Positions 17,811-25,823 of a stretch of DNA of 32,000 nt are shown piece by piece (position 1 is the first letter of the stretch; each line of letters starts with the position of its first letter). The notes beneath the pieces were generated by a model. That model was not told the origin of the DNA. It did no database searches and saw only the letters and a list, made by a program, of their open reading frames with translations. Location: NCBI GenBank assembly GCA_965650385.1, contig CBFGOM010000008.1, positions 12,849 through 44,848 of the forward strand, given 5' to 3'. The position numbers and the translations under genes were made by a program. This DNA is from an uncultured Oscillatoriaceae bacterium. Lineage in GTDB: Bacteria > Cyanobacteriota > Cyanobacteriia > Cyanobacteriales > Laspinemataceae.

Positions 17811-18773
17811 ATGAGCCAATCCCTAAAAGCTAGAGTTTATCAAATTCTCGAATCTTCGGACCCGACGGATTTATTAAGCCGAGTTGATGACTGGGCGGTG
17901 AGCCTGTTAGTGGTTTTAGACGTCACCGCTTTTATTTTGGAAACTTCAGCATTTATTTCCTCTAATTTTAAGTTATTTGTCAATGAAATCGAACTGGTAG
18001 CCGTAGCCTGCTTTACTTTATTATATATTATCCAAATTTGGTGCTGTACCGTCGATCCGCGATATGCTCATCCGGTATGGGGACGATTGCGCTATGCTAT
18101 GACACCGTTAGTGGTGATTGATTTAATGGCGATCTTGCCCTTTTATTTGATGTCATTATTTCCTCTAATTAAGTCAATAAAGTTTGCTAATGTTTTTCGA
18201 TTGTTGCGTCTGCTTAAATTAATTCGATATTCGGAAGCCCTCCAAACTATTTTACGGGTGATTGATTCTAAAAAAAATGAATTAGTCATGACGTTGTTTA
18301 CCGTATTTATTTTACTAATTTTTGCCTCAAGTTTGATGTTCTTTGCCGAAAGTCAGGAACAACCGGAGGCGTTTCCGAGTATTCCAGCAGCGATGTGGTG
18401 GGGAGTGGTAACGTTAACCACAGTAGGATATGGGGATGTGTATCCGGTAACACCTTTGGGTAAGTTATTTGGGGCAACTCTAGCCTTTATTGGGATTGGA
18501 TTGTTTGCATTACCTGCGGGGATTGTTGCGGCTGGATTTTCGGAGGAATTGCAACGAAAAAAGATAGTAGAGATAACAAGTCCTAATCTATCTCCTTGGG
18601 AAGATGCGGAATGGGTGGCGATCGCCCATCATGTTGACCGCTCATCGGATCTGATGAAAACTTGTATTGAAATGGCAAAAACTAAATTCGGAGATAGTTT
18701 CGAGAATGAAGAACTCATCCGAGATTTAGCCTTGTCTTTGTATGAAGAAGCTGCCCAAAAGTTTAAATTATAA
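17811..18773 (+). CDS. 6TM voltage-sensor-type potassium channel
   Basis: Selectivity filter TTVGYGD (TVGYG at 18420-18434), S4-like FRLLRLLKLIRY, six hydrophobic segments and an unassigned C-terminal tail of about 80 aa. Confidence 0.85.
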   Translation: MSQSLKARVYQILESSDPTDLLSRVDDWAVSLLVVLDVTAFILETSAFISSNFKLFVNEIELVAVACFTLLYIIQIWCCTVDPRYAHPVWGRLRYAMTPLVVIDLMAILPFYLMSLFPLIKSIKFANVFRLLRLLKLIRYSEALQTILRVIDSKKNELVMTLFTVFILLIFASSLMFFAESQEQPEAFPSIPAAMWWGVVTLTTVGYGDVYPVTPLGKLFGATLAFIGIGLFALPAGIVAAGFSEELQRKKIVEITSPNLSPWEDAEWVAIAHHVDRSSDLMKTCIEMAKTKFGDSFENEELIRDLALSLYEEAAQKFKL

Positions 18774-19598
18774 ACCCCCGGAAGATAACCAGAATTCCGC
18801 CGCCATAAACGTCCCGGCAAGTCCCAAGACTAGTCCTAAACCCATGACATCTTTGAGTTGCCAAGGCTGACTCTGGGATAAAACCATTTTTTGACCATAA
18901 CCTCGCAATCGCATCGCCTGATAAATCCGTTCTGATTGTTCATAACTTTGGACTAAAAGTGTTCCGGCAACTGAGGCAAAGGTTTGTAAAGCGCGGGGGG
19001 TGAGACGGGTGCGTTTAAACCCTCGCAAGCGCATGGCAGATTGCATCGTATGCAGGCGATCGCCGAGTTCAAATAAATACCGATAAAACAGCACCATCAT
19101 ATCGGTTAAAATTGGAGATAATCCTAGGGAACGTATGGTTTGAATGGTGGTTAAAAAAGAAGCGGTTCCAAATAAAACTAAAGACAGAGTAATAATTGCT
19201 AAAAACCGACTAGCAACACCAATCATTGTCATGATTCCTTCTTGATAAAGAGCGAGGGGACCGAGTTTAAGTAACACTGTTTGTCCAGAAATAAAGGGCA
19301 AAAATCCCACCACTCCTAGTAAAAATAATCCCGGGTAGCGCAACCGCCTCCGCCAGTAAGAAATTGGCAGGTGAGACAGGGCATAAATGGCTGCACTCAC
19401 ACCTAACATGGGCAGAATTAATCGCTGATCCCGTACCATCGCAAAGGCAAAAATTAATCCCATCAACCCCATTAATTTACATCGGGGTTCCCATTGATGT
19501 AAGGGGGATTGTAAATGAGCATAATCGTCTAATCCAAATTTCATTTTTGTTCCTTTATCATTAGCTTTAATCGTAAATTTTAGGGTTGAATAGGTCAC
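18768..19598 (-). CDS. cbiQ: ECF transporter T component, CbiQ/NikQ type
   Basis: Polytopic, with the conserved C-terminal region AMRLRGF....R and YEQSERIYQAMRLRGY typical of CbiQ/EcfT. The start is probably ATG 19544 (MKFGLDDY) rather than 19598. Confidence 0.8.
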   Translation of the reverse strand: MTYSTLKFTIKANDKGTKMKFGLDDYAHLQSPLHQWEPRCKLMGLMGLIFAFAMVRDQRLILPMLGVSAAIYALSHLPISYWRRRLRYPGLFLLGVVGFLPFISGQTVLLKLGPLALYQEGIMTMIGVASRFLAIITLSLVLFGTASFLTTIQTIRSLGLSPILTDMMVLFYRYLFELGDRLHTMQSAMRLRGFKRTRLTPRALQTFASVAGTLLVQSYEQSERIYQAMRLRGYGQKMVLSQSQPWQLKDVMGLGLVLGLAGTFMAAEFWLSSGGL

Positions 19599-19634
19599 AA
19601 AACCGCAGACTAAAGCCTGGGTGGTTTAATTAAA

Positions 19635-20276
19635 TTAATCCCTGATTAGTTCGGGTTTGACGCGATTGAGAAACAGGACTAACATCGCGGTAAATATCCC
19701 TTCAATGAGCATCAAAGGCAGGTGAGCTAACATCAGTCCATAAATGGCATTTCTTTCCGTTGTCACATCTAATTCTGCCGGGATGGTGGTGATGATAAGA
19801 ATGAAAAAGATAGCCGCTGCGAATCCTAAGCCGATGCCACCGGCTAGGAAGGCAAATAAACCGAGGGTAACGTTTTCCCATCGGGTTTTAAACCAATGGC
19901 GCATCTGAAAGACTTGGTACGCAATTAAGGCGGGAATTCCCATCAGGATGGCATTCACTCCCAGAGTCGTTAGACCTCCATGACCGAACATAATGGCTTG
20001 GAAAAATAACCCAATGAGGATGGCAGGAAAAGCATAATACCCGAGGACAGTGCCTAAAAGTCCATTAAGAACTAAGTGCACGCTAACCGGAGGGACGGGG
20101 ATATGAATCCAAGAAGCGACGAAAAATGCTGCGGTGAGTAAGGAAGCTTTGGGAATTTGGGCTTGGGGATTGCGATCGCGATTAATTTGGCGCAGGGAAT
20201 ACCAAGTAGCGGCCCCAGTTGCGCCATAACCAGCGATACAAACACTAGCGGGCAGAATACCATCGGGAATATGCAT
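19635..20276 (-). CDS. cbiM: Ni/Co ECF substrate-capture component, CbiM/NikM type
   Basis: The MHIPDGILP N-terminus is characteristic of CbiM/NikM, followed by about 6 TM helices. I place the start at ATG 20274-20276 so that the protein begins Met-His. The track start TTG 20285 adds 3 residues. Confidence 0.8.
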   Translation of the reverse strand: MHIPDGILPASVCIAGYGATGAATWYSLRQINRDRNPQAQIPKASLLTAAFFVASWIHIPVPPVSVHLVLNGLLGTVLGYYAFPAILIGLFFQAIMFGHGGLTTLGVNAILMGIPALIAYQVFQMRHWFKTRWENVTLGLFAFLAGGIGLGFAAAIFFILIITTIPAELDVTTERNAIYGLMLAHLPLMLIEGIFTAMLVLFLNRVKPELIRD

Positions 20277-20337
20277 TGAATTCAATCAAAACGAGAGAAT
20301 ACCAGAAGGGTGAATTTATATTAAGGGAGAGATTTAA

Positions 20338-20922
20338 TTAGGCAACAGAATCTTCTTCTTTGCCAGGGCCGCTTCGCGAATCGCCATTAAACCGAGAAAA
20401 AAACAGGGCAGTTCCCACAAATCCCCAGACTCCGGAGGCGATCGCCAAGCCAGTTGGCAGGGGGTTAACCGAGGGACTGGGGGAACTCAGGGTCTTAGAA
20501 CTGGGGGCCACCTGGGGACCCCCGGTAGCATTGGGAGGGGCGACTGCTGCCTCGGGGGGAGGTTCTGGGGCGATCGCTACATTCATGATGGCCCCATGAC
20601 CCGCTTGCCGGACTCGAACAGCCCAATTTCCCGGGCGGGAGGCATCCGGGGCAAACAAAAACCGCCCATTTTTGTCGGCAGTCCCTTGGATCCACGGTGT
20701 TTCTGGGTCTGTGGGGGCATAAACGGTGATTTGGGCATTGGCGATCGGGTCGCCATTATCATAGAAAGCTTGGACCTCTATGGCTTCTAAGGTTTGATGA
20801 GTCAGTTGAACCCCGTGGGCGATCGCCGCCAAAGGAGTCCCCAGGGTCCAAGCGAAAAGCCCACTGGCAAACGCCCAGAGGACTGCCTGTGCAGCAGTTG
20901 GGGTAATTGGTCGATTAAGCAT
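20338..20922 (-). CDS. DUF4198/NikL-like accessory protein (signal peptide, beta-sandwich, Pro-rich linker, C-terminal TM)
   Basis: Signal-like N-terminus ending AIA|HGVQL. The beta-rich core ITVYAP...GTADKNGRFLF...GNWAVRV is transthyretin/CarboxypepD_reg-like. A PEPPPEAAVAPP linker and a terminal helix follow. The gene lies directly upstream of cbiM/nikM. Confidence 0.55.
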   Translation of the reverse strand: MLNRPITPTAAQAVLWAFASGLFAWTLGTPLAAIAHGVQLTHQTLEAIEVQAFYDNGDPIANAQITVYAPTDPETPWIQGTADKNGRFLFAPDASRPGNWAVRVRQAGHGAIMNVAIAPEPPPEAAVAPPNATGGPQVAPSSKTLSSPSPSVNPLPTGLAIASGVWGFVGTALFFSRFNGDSRSGPGKEEDSVA

Positions 20923-20985
20923 AGTAAATTTTTGATCCCTGAGTTAGGTATTTCCCCTGCCACAATGGCGGGGTCGGGCTGTCTA

Positions 20986-21861
20986 TCATGATGACGTAGA
21001 TTCCTGACAATGACCTTCTCCAACATGACCGAGAGAGGGGAGGAGGGTTTGCAGGGTTTGATACTCTGCTGGGGTAAGGGCTTGTTGGAGTTCAGCAGCG
21101 CTTAGATTGACTTGATCCCCGGAGGCTAAAGCGGCGATCGGTTCAAATCCCAGGGCGTTGACATTCAGTTCATCATCCGCCGGTGCATCGACATCACCAA
21201 ACAGGTGATCAAAATGGAAGGTGGCTTCTACTTGACCCTGACTGCCGGGGGAAACCATGCCTTTGCGTTCATCCCCGACGAACTCGCCGCAAGTGAAGGT
21301 CATTTCGCGATCGAGTTTGAGGACAAAAGCGATCGTTTGTCCATCTTTTTGCGCCGTTCCATCTAGGATTAAGCTGTAGCCTACGGCAGGGCCTTCGATA
21401 CCTTTGACCATTTTCCAAGAGAGAGCATTGTACTGACCCGGAGGTGCAGGAACTGCCGCTAGAACTGGGGTGGGGTTTTCTGGAGTGGCGGTCAAGTCTA
21501 CAGTTTTCACCCCATCCAGTTGGACTTGTTGCTTGGGGTTAAGCTGACTATCGCGTTCCGGATTGTAGGGGGGGTCGGTTTGGTAGGCAATGACTTCCGC
21601 GAGGTTGACGTAAACGTGATTAAAGCTGATTTCCCAACCGTCTTTGGAGGTAAAGCCATTTCGCACGAAATCCTCACCGTTGGCGACGATTTGGAGTGTT
21701 CCGGTTTCTCCAGAGGCGGTTTCGGGTTCAACAGTGGCGGCGGATTCTAGGGGGACGGGTTCGGGGGTTGAGGTGATTGGGGGGTCATCTCGCTCACACC
21801 CCAGAAGTAAGGGGGGGACGACTCCGGCTAGGAGGGTGAGAATAATTAAATTTTTCTTCAT
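20986..21861 (-). CDS. Lipoprotein, putative periplasmic metal-binding component (NikK-like by position only)
   Basis: Lipobox LLLGC. The protein has no TM segment and has His/Cys-rich elements HFDHLFG and LGHVGEGHC. It is the first gene of the cluster. Confidence 0.4.
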   Translation of the reverse strand: MKKNLIILTLLAGVVPPLLLGCERDDPPITSTPEPVPLESAATVEPETASGETGTLQIVANGEDFVRNGFTSKDGWEISFNHVYVNLAEVIAYQTDPPYNPERDSQLNPKQQVQLDGVKTVDLTATPENPTPVLAAVPAPPGQYNALSWKMVKGIEGPAVGYSLILDGTAQKDGQTIAFVLKLDREMTFTCGEFVGDERKGMVSPGSQGQVEATFHFDHLFGDVDAPADDELNVNALGFEPIAALASGDQVNLSAAELQQALTPAEYQTLQTLLPSLGHVGEGHCQESTSS

Positions 21862-22479
21862 TTTTTTTAGGGTTTAAGGGAGGATTGCTTGAGGCGATCG
21901 CCACACCCTGAGTCGGAATATTGGTGAGGTTTCTCCGGATTGAGGACAGATTGCGATCGCTCTAATATCAATAGGAAAGCGCGTTTTTGAAAACTTGACA
22001 ATGCCCTCCTAGGGGATGAGATTCTGAATCTAAAGACAGCATTTAAAGGCTGGAAAGGCTATTGAGCAAGGGATTGACCTTGAGACTTTTCTACCTTTGA
22101 GGTCGCTAAAATTTGGAAAATTTTTCTCTCAGTTTCTGGACAAGTAAGGAAACCTTAATTTTTCTTGAAACTCTGGGCAACCCGATCGCAATTGTGCCAT
22201 CGGATTTAGGGTAAAATTGGCAATGGGCTTAAATAATCCATCCCTAGGAGGATTAAGTTTTTTAGGCAGTTTGATACCTCCATTGACGCTCAAAAAATCC
22301 AAGCGGGGTCCCGTTGCGATCGCCCGCTACTTTGGGCTATAACTCTGAATTATTGCAGGTTGGTAATTGTGGAAAGTATCAAGAACAAATAAACCATCAT
22401 AGCCGGGGAATCCCTACTTGATAATTGCCTCCAAAAAATGCTCAAATAATTGAACCCATCTGAAACCCTCGAAAACGAC

Positions 22480-22914
22480 ATGAAAGACCTTGACCTCCCA
22501 AAAACCATTGACTTGCTCAATACCATCATGGAATTTGAGCTCGCTGGTGTGGTCCGCTATACTCATTATTCTCTGATGGTAACCGGACCCAATCGGATTC
22601 CGATCGTCAGCTTTTTTCAAGCCCAAGCGGCAGAATCCCTCACCCATGCTCAACAAGTGGGAGAAATTATCACCGGGTTAGAAGGACATCCTAGCCTCAG
22701 AATTGCACCCATTGAAGAAAGCGATCGCCATTCCGTCCGCGACATTTTAGAGGAAAGTCTCAACCACGAGAAAAGAGCCCTCGATATGTACAAAGAATTG
22801 CTCCATACTGTTGAAAATGCCAGCGTGTATTTGGAAGAATTTGCCCGGACTCAAATTGGACAAGAAGAAATGCACAACATAGAAATTAAAAAAATGTTGC
22901 GGGATTTTATCTAA
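22480..22914 (+). CDS. Bacterioferritin-like (ferritin/Dps superfamily) protein, di-iron ligands intact
   Basis: 144 aa from ATG 22480. A hand alignment to E. coli Bfr, anchored on ELxxxxxY, H-X10-LEGxPxL and EExH, gives E20, E52/H56 and E129/H132. I chose the start by parity with the downstream paralog; the track start is TTG 22450. Confidence 0.75.
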   Translation: MKDLDLPKTIDLLNTIMEFELAGVVRYTHYSLMVTGPNRIPIVSFFQAQAAESLTHAQQVGEIITGLEGHPSLRIAPIEESDRHSVRDILEESLNHEKRALDMYKELLHTVENASVYLEEFARTQIGQEEMHNIEIKKMLRDFI

Positions 22915-23102
22915 ATTCGGTCTAAGCAGCGATCGCTTTTCTCAATCTCATCAGCTTTAACCCGCACCACCTTGAGGAGTCTTCCTCCCTCCATCCGGTG
23001 GTGCAACCGGGCTAAACTATTCCCTTTTATCCTTGCTCCAATTTAAACAACCGAGGCTTTAATAGTGAGGTCATCTGTTGGCTGACTCGAAGAACTAAAA
23101 AC

Positions 23103-23537
23103 ATGAAAGAACTAAACCTGAACAAAACCATTGAATTATTGAATAGTAGCATGGAGTTTGAACTAGCTGGTGTAGTGCGCTATACCCACTATTCCCTCAT
23201 GGTAACGGGACCGAATCGGATTCCCATCGTCACTTTTTTTCAAGCCCAAGCCACCGAATCTTTGAATTTTGCTCAACAAATTGGAGAAATTATCACCGGG
23301 TTAGAAGGACATCCCAGCCTGCGAATTTCCAACATGGACGAAAGCCACACCCATTCGGTGAGAACGATTGTCGAAGAAAGTATTAATCATGAAAAAAAAG
23401 GATTGCAGGGGTATAGAAGTTTATTGGATACCGTCAGTAATAGCAGTATCTATTTAGAAAAGTTTACTCGCAAGATGGTTGCTTCCTCGGAAATTAATAT
23501 CATTGAGTTAAAAAAGATGCTGCGAGATATGACTTAA
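23103..23537 (+). CDS. Bacterioferritin-like paralog lacking three predicted di-iron ligands
   Basis: 144 aa with 100/144 identical residues to the upstream copy (hand count). It has F56 (TTT 23268-23270), S129 and N132 where the paralog has H56, E129 and H132. Confidence 0.75.
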   Translation: MKELNLNKTIELLNSSMEFELAGVVRYTHYSLMVTGPNRIPIVTFFQAQATESLNFAQQIGEIITGLEGHPSLRISNMDESHTHSVRTIVEESINHEKKGLQGYRSLLDTVSNSSIYLEKFTRKMVASSEINIIELKKMLRDMT

Positions 23538-23721
23538 ATGAGTCAATTAACCCTGGATGCGCTCTAATATTTTAGACTAACCTCTCGGGCGAAACTACCA
23601 ATTCCACCTCTCCTAATCAAGAAAATTTACCAAGATGAGTCAAGGAAAGCCTCTCTCATTCTACAAGATTTTTAAATTTTAACTTGGAGTTTGACAACCC
23701 TATTTTATTCGATTTATAACT

Positions 23722-24717
23722 ATGGAAATCAGCGCCGCATTACCAACCTTTTTAATTACATTACGGGAGGGAGTAGAAGCCGCTTTAGTGGTGGGAATTG
23801 TGTTAGCTTGTTTGAAAAAAGCTCAACAAAGTCAGCTTAATCCTTGGGTATACGCTGGAGTCGGAACAGGAATTATTGCGAGTGGACTAGTGGGAATTCT
23901 GTTCGGAGGAATTCTGCAAGCCGTGGGACAGTCCGATTGGCAGTATGCACCGGCGATCGCACCGAGTCTAAAAGCCGGATTTTGTCTGATTGCGATCGCC
24001 ATGCTGAGTTGGATGTTAATTTGGATGACGAAACAAGCCAAATCCCTCAAAGGCGAAGTAGAAGGGGCTGTAAACGCTGCTTTATTGGAAAAAAAGACTT
24101 CCTCTAAACCCCTAGAAAAACCCCGCGAAAACTCACAGAATTCCCTACAATATCAGGCGGGTTGGGGCGTATTTACCCTGATTTTTATCGCCGTTCTCCG
24201 AGAAGGATTTGAAACCGTCGTGTTTATTTTAGCACAATTTGAGCAAGGTTGGACTCCGGTATTAGGGGCTTTTTCTGGATTAATAGGGGCTGTTGTAATT
24301 GGCACTCTGCTATTTAAATGGGGCGTAAAAATTAACCTCCGCCTCTTCTTTCAAATGATGGGAGTGTTATTACTGTTAATCGTTTCCGGATTAGTCATTT
24401 CGGCCCTAAAAAATGCTAATCTAGCGGTGATAGAATTCAGCGCGATCGCCCCTCAGTTTGCCAGTTGGTGTCCTACCGGGACCGATTCCTGTATTTTAGG
24501 ACCCCAAGTATGGGATGCCACTCAAATTCTCCCAGATAACCGCTTTCCCGGGGTGGTGTTAAAAGCCTTATTTGGATACCGATCGCAACTGTATCTCGTT
24601 CAAGCCATCGCCTATCTAGTCTTTTTATTCACCGCAGGAGGCTTATATTTTCAAAGTATTACCGGAAAGGAAACTGGAATAAAAGGTTCTGAAAGTAAGA
24701 GAGGGTTAAGTCATTGA
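23722..24717 (+). CDS. FTR1/EfeU-family high-affinity iron permease
   Basis: Two REXXE motifs (LREGVEAA and LREGFETV) in a 7-TM-like protein of 331 aa. Confidence 0.85.
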   Translation: MEISAALPTFLITLREGVEAALVVGIVLACLKKAQQSQLNPWVYAGVGTGIIASGLVGILFGGILQAVGQSDWQYAPAIAPSLKAGFCLIAIAMLSWMLIWMTKQAKSLKGEVEGAVNAALLEKKTSSKPLEKPRENSQNSLQYQAGWGVFTLIFIAVLREGFETVVFILAQFEQGWTPVLGAFSGLIGAVVIGTLLFKWGVKINLRLFFQMMGVLLLLIVSGLVISALKNANLAVIEFSAIAPQFASWCPTGTDSCILGPQVWDATQILPDNRFPGVVLKALFGYRSQLYLVQAIAYLVFLFTAGGLYFQSITGKETGIKGSESKRGLSH

Positions 24718-25520
24718 AACAAGCTAAAGTCAAACAGTTATTCTCCTATCCCATTAAGGGATTAACACCCCATCCAATCCAGGCTGTCACCCTAGAAGAA
24801 AACAGGGGTATTCGAGGCGATCGCGCTTTTGCTTTGATGTTTTTAGACAACAGAGAAACTCCACCTGAAACCCTCGTTCCTTGGATGAGTAAAGGACATT
24901 TTGCTGTACAAAATGACTGGCCGAAATTGGCAAAACTCCAGTGCTTATATGAACCAAAAAGTGACTGTTTAACCCTTCGCTATCAAGGAGTAACTCTCCT
25001 GGAAGCTGCAACAGAAACTCCAGCCGAACGCGATCGCATCAGTGCCTTTTTTACTGGATTTCTCGCCGATGCCGAACCCACCCCAGAAGCCCGACATCCT
25101 CAGTATTCCCCCTTACAATTAGTCGGAAGTCGCAGTGGAGAAACCCGCTATCCTGATCGTGCACCTGTACATATTTCTCTGATGAGTCAAGCCACTTTAG
25201 ATGAGTTAAGTGAAGCTTGTGGAACCTTAGTGGATGTGCGACGATTTCGACCGAATATCTTACTAGAAGAAACAGTACCTTGGGAAGAATTTAATGGAAT
25301 TGGAGAAGAATTTTATTTAGGAGAAGCAAAGATTGTGATTACGGCTAAAATTGGACGCTGTGCAAATATTGAAGTTGATCCCGACAATGGCGATCGCAAT
25401 TTAAACTTATTATCGGTTCTGAAAAATCGCTATGGTCATTTACAAACCGGGGTCCTAGCTAAAATTATTACACCAGGTTCCGTGAAAATCGGCGATCGGC
25501 TTACCGTAGTAGGCAGCTAG
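24714..25520 (+). CDS. MOSC domain protein (MOSC_N beta-barrel plus MOSC), no ferredoxin domain
   Basis: LFSYPIKGLTP (MOSC_N), RFRPNILLE and the conserved Cys in GRCANIEVDP. The TTG start at 24714 overlaps the FTR1 stop (TTGA), with GAGAGGG 9-10 nt upstream. Confidence 0.8.
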   Translation: MKQAKVKQLFSYPIKGLTPHPIQAVTLEENRGIRGDRAFALMFLDNRETPPETLVPWMSKGHFAVQNDWPKLAKLQCLYEPKSDCLTLRYQGVTLLEAATETPAERDRISAFFTGFLADAEPTPEARHPQYSPLQLVGSRSGETRYPDRAPVHISLMSQATLDELSEACGTLVDVRRFRPNILLEETVPWEEFNGIGEEFYLGEAKIVITAKIGRCANIEVDPDNGDRNLNLLSVLKNRYGHLQTGVLAKIITPGSVKIGDRLTVVGS

Positions 25521-25823
25521 GAAATTGGATAGTTATACAACTTTCTAAAGGGAGAACCCTTAGTTTCCCCCTTGCCTCCGTAACCGAGATACTTTGTTCT
25601 GCACTGGCGATCGCACAGATGCGTCAATATTACCAACCCTTGGCACTTAGAGGCATCAGAGAACATCTTCTCCCACCGGCGGGGCGATCGGTAGCTTGTG
25701 AGGGATTCGAGTTTTTAAAATTAAATCTCGACCCCCACAGACGCCGATATTGCCACGACGAAATTCAAAGTGAGAGGGTTAATCAAGCCCAAGAGTGCAA
25801 ATTCCTGATAATTCTAACCCTCC

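Noticed and set aside
20360-21026. Several 63-79-aa ORFs on both strands over the DUF4198-like gene and its upstream junction
   Set aside because: All are off-frame or antisense reads of GC/Pro-rich coding sequence.
21140-21150. tRNA-like T-loop GGTTCAAATCC
   Set aside because: The flanking bases do not form a T-stem (ATCGG versus CCCAG) and no acceptor or anticodon arms are present. The sequence lies inside a well-supported lipoprotein ORF.
21862-22440. Cobalamin riboswitch upstream of the cbiM-type cluster (minus strand)
   Set aside because: I read the minus strand looking for the B12 box (AGYCMGGAGACCKGCC-like) and the GCCACTG/GGGAA elements and found none. The accessory genes also point to nickel rather than cobalt/B12 regulation.
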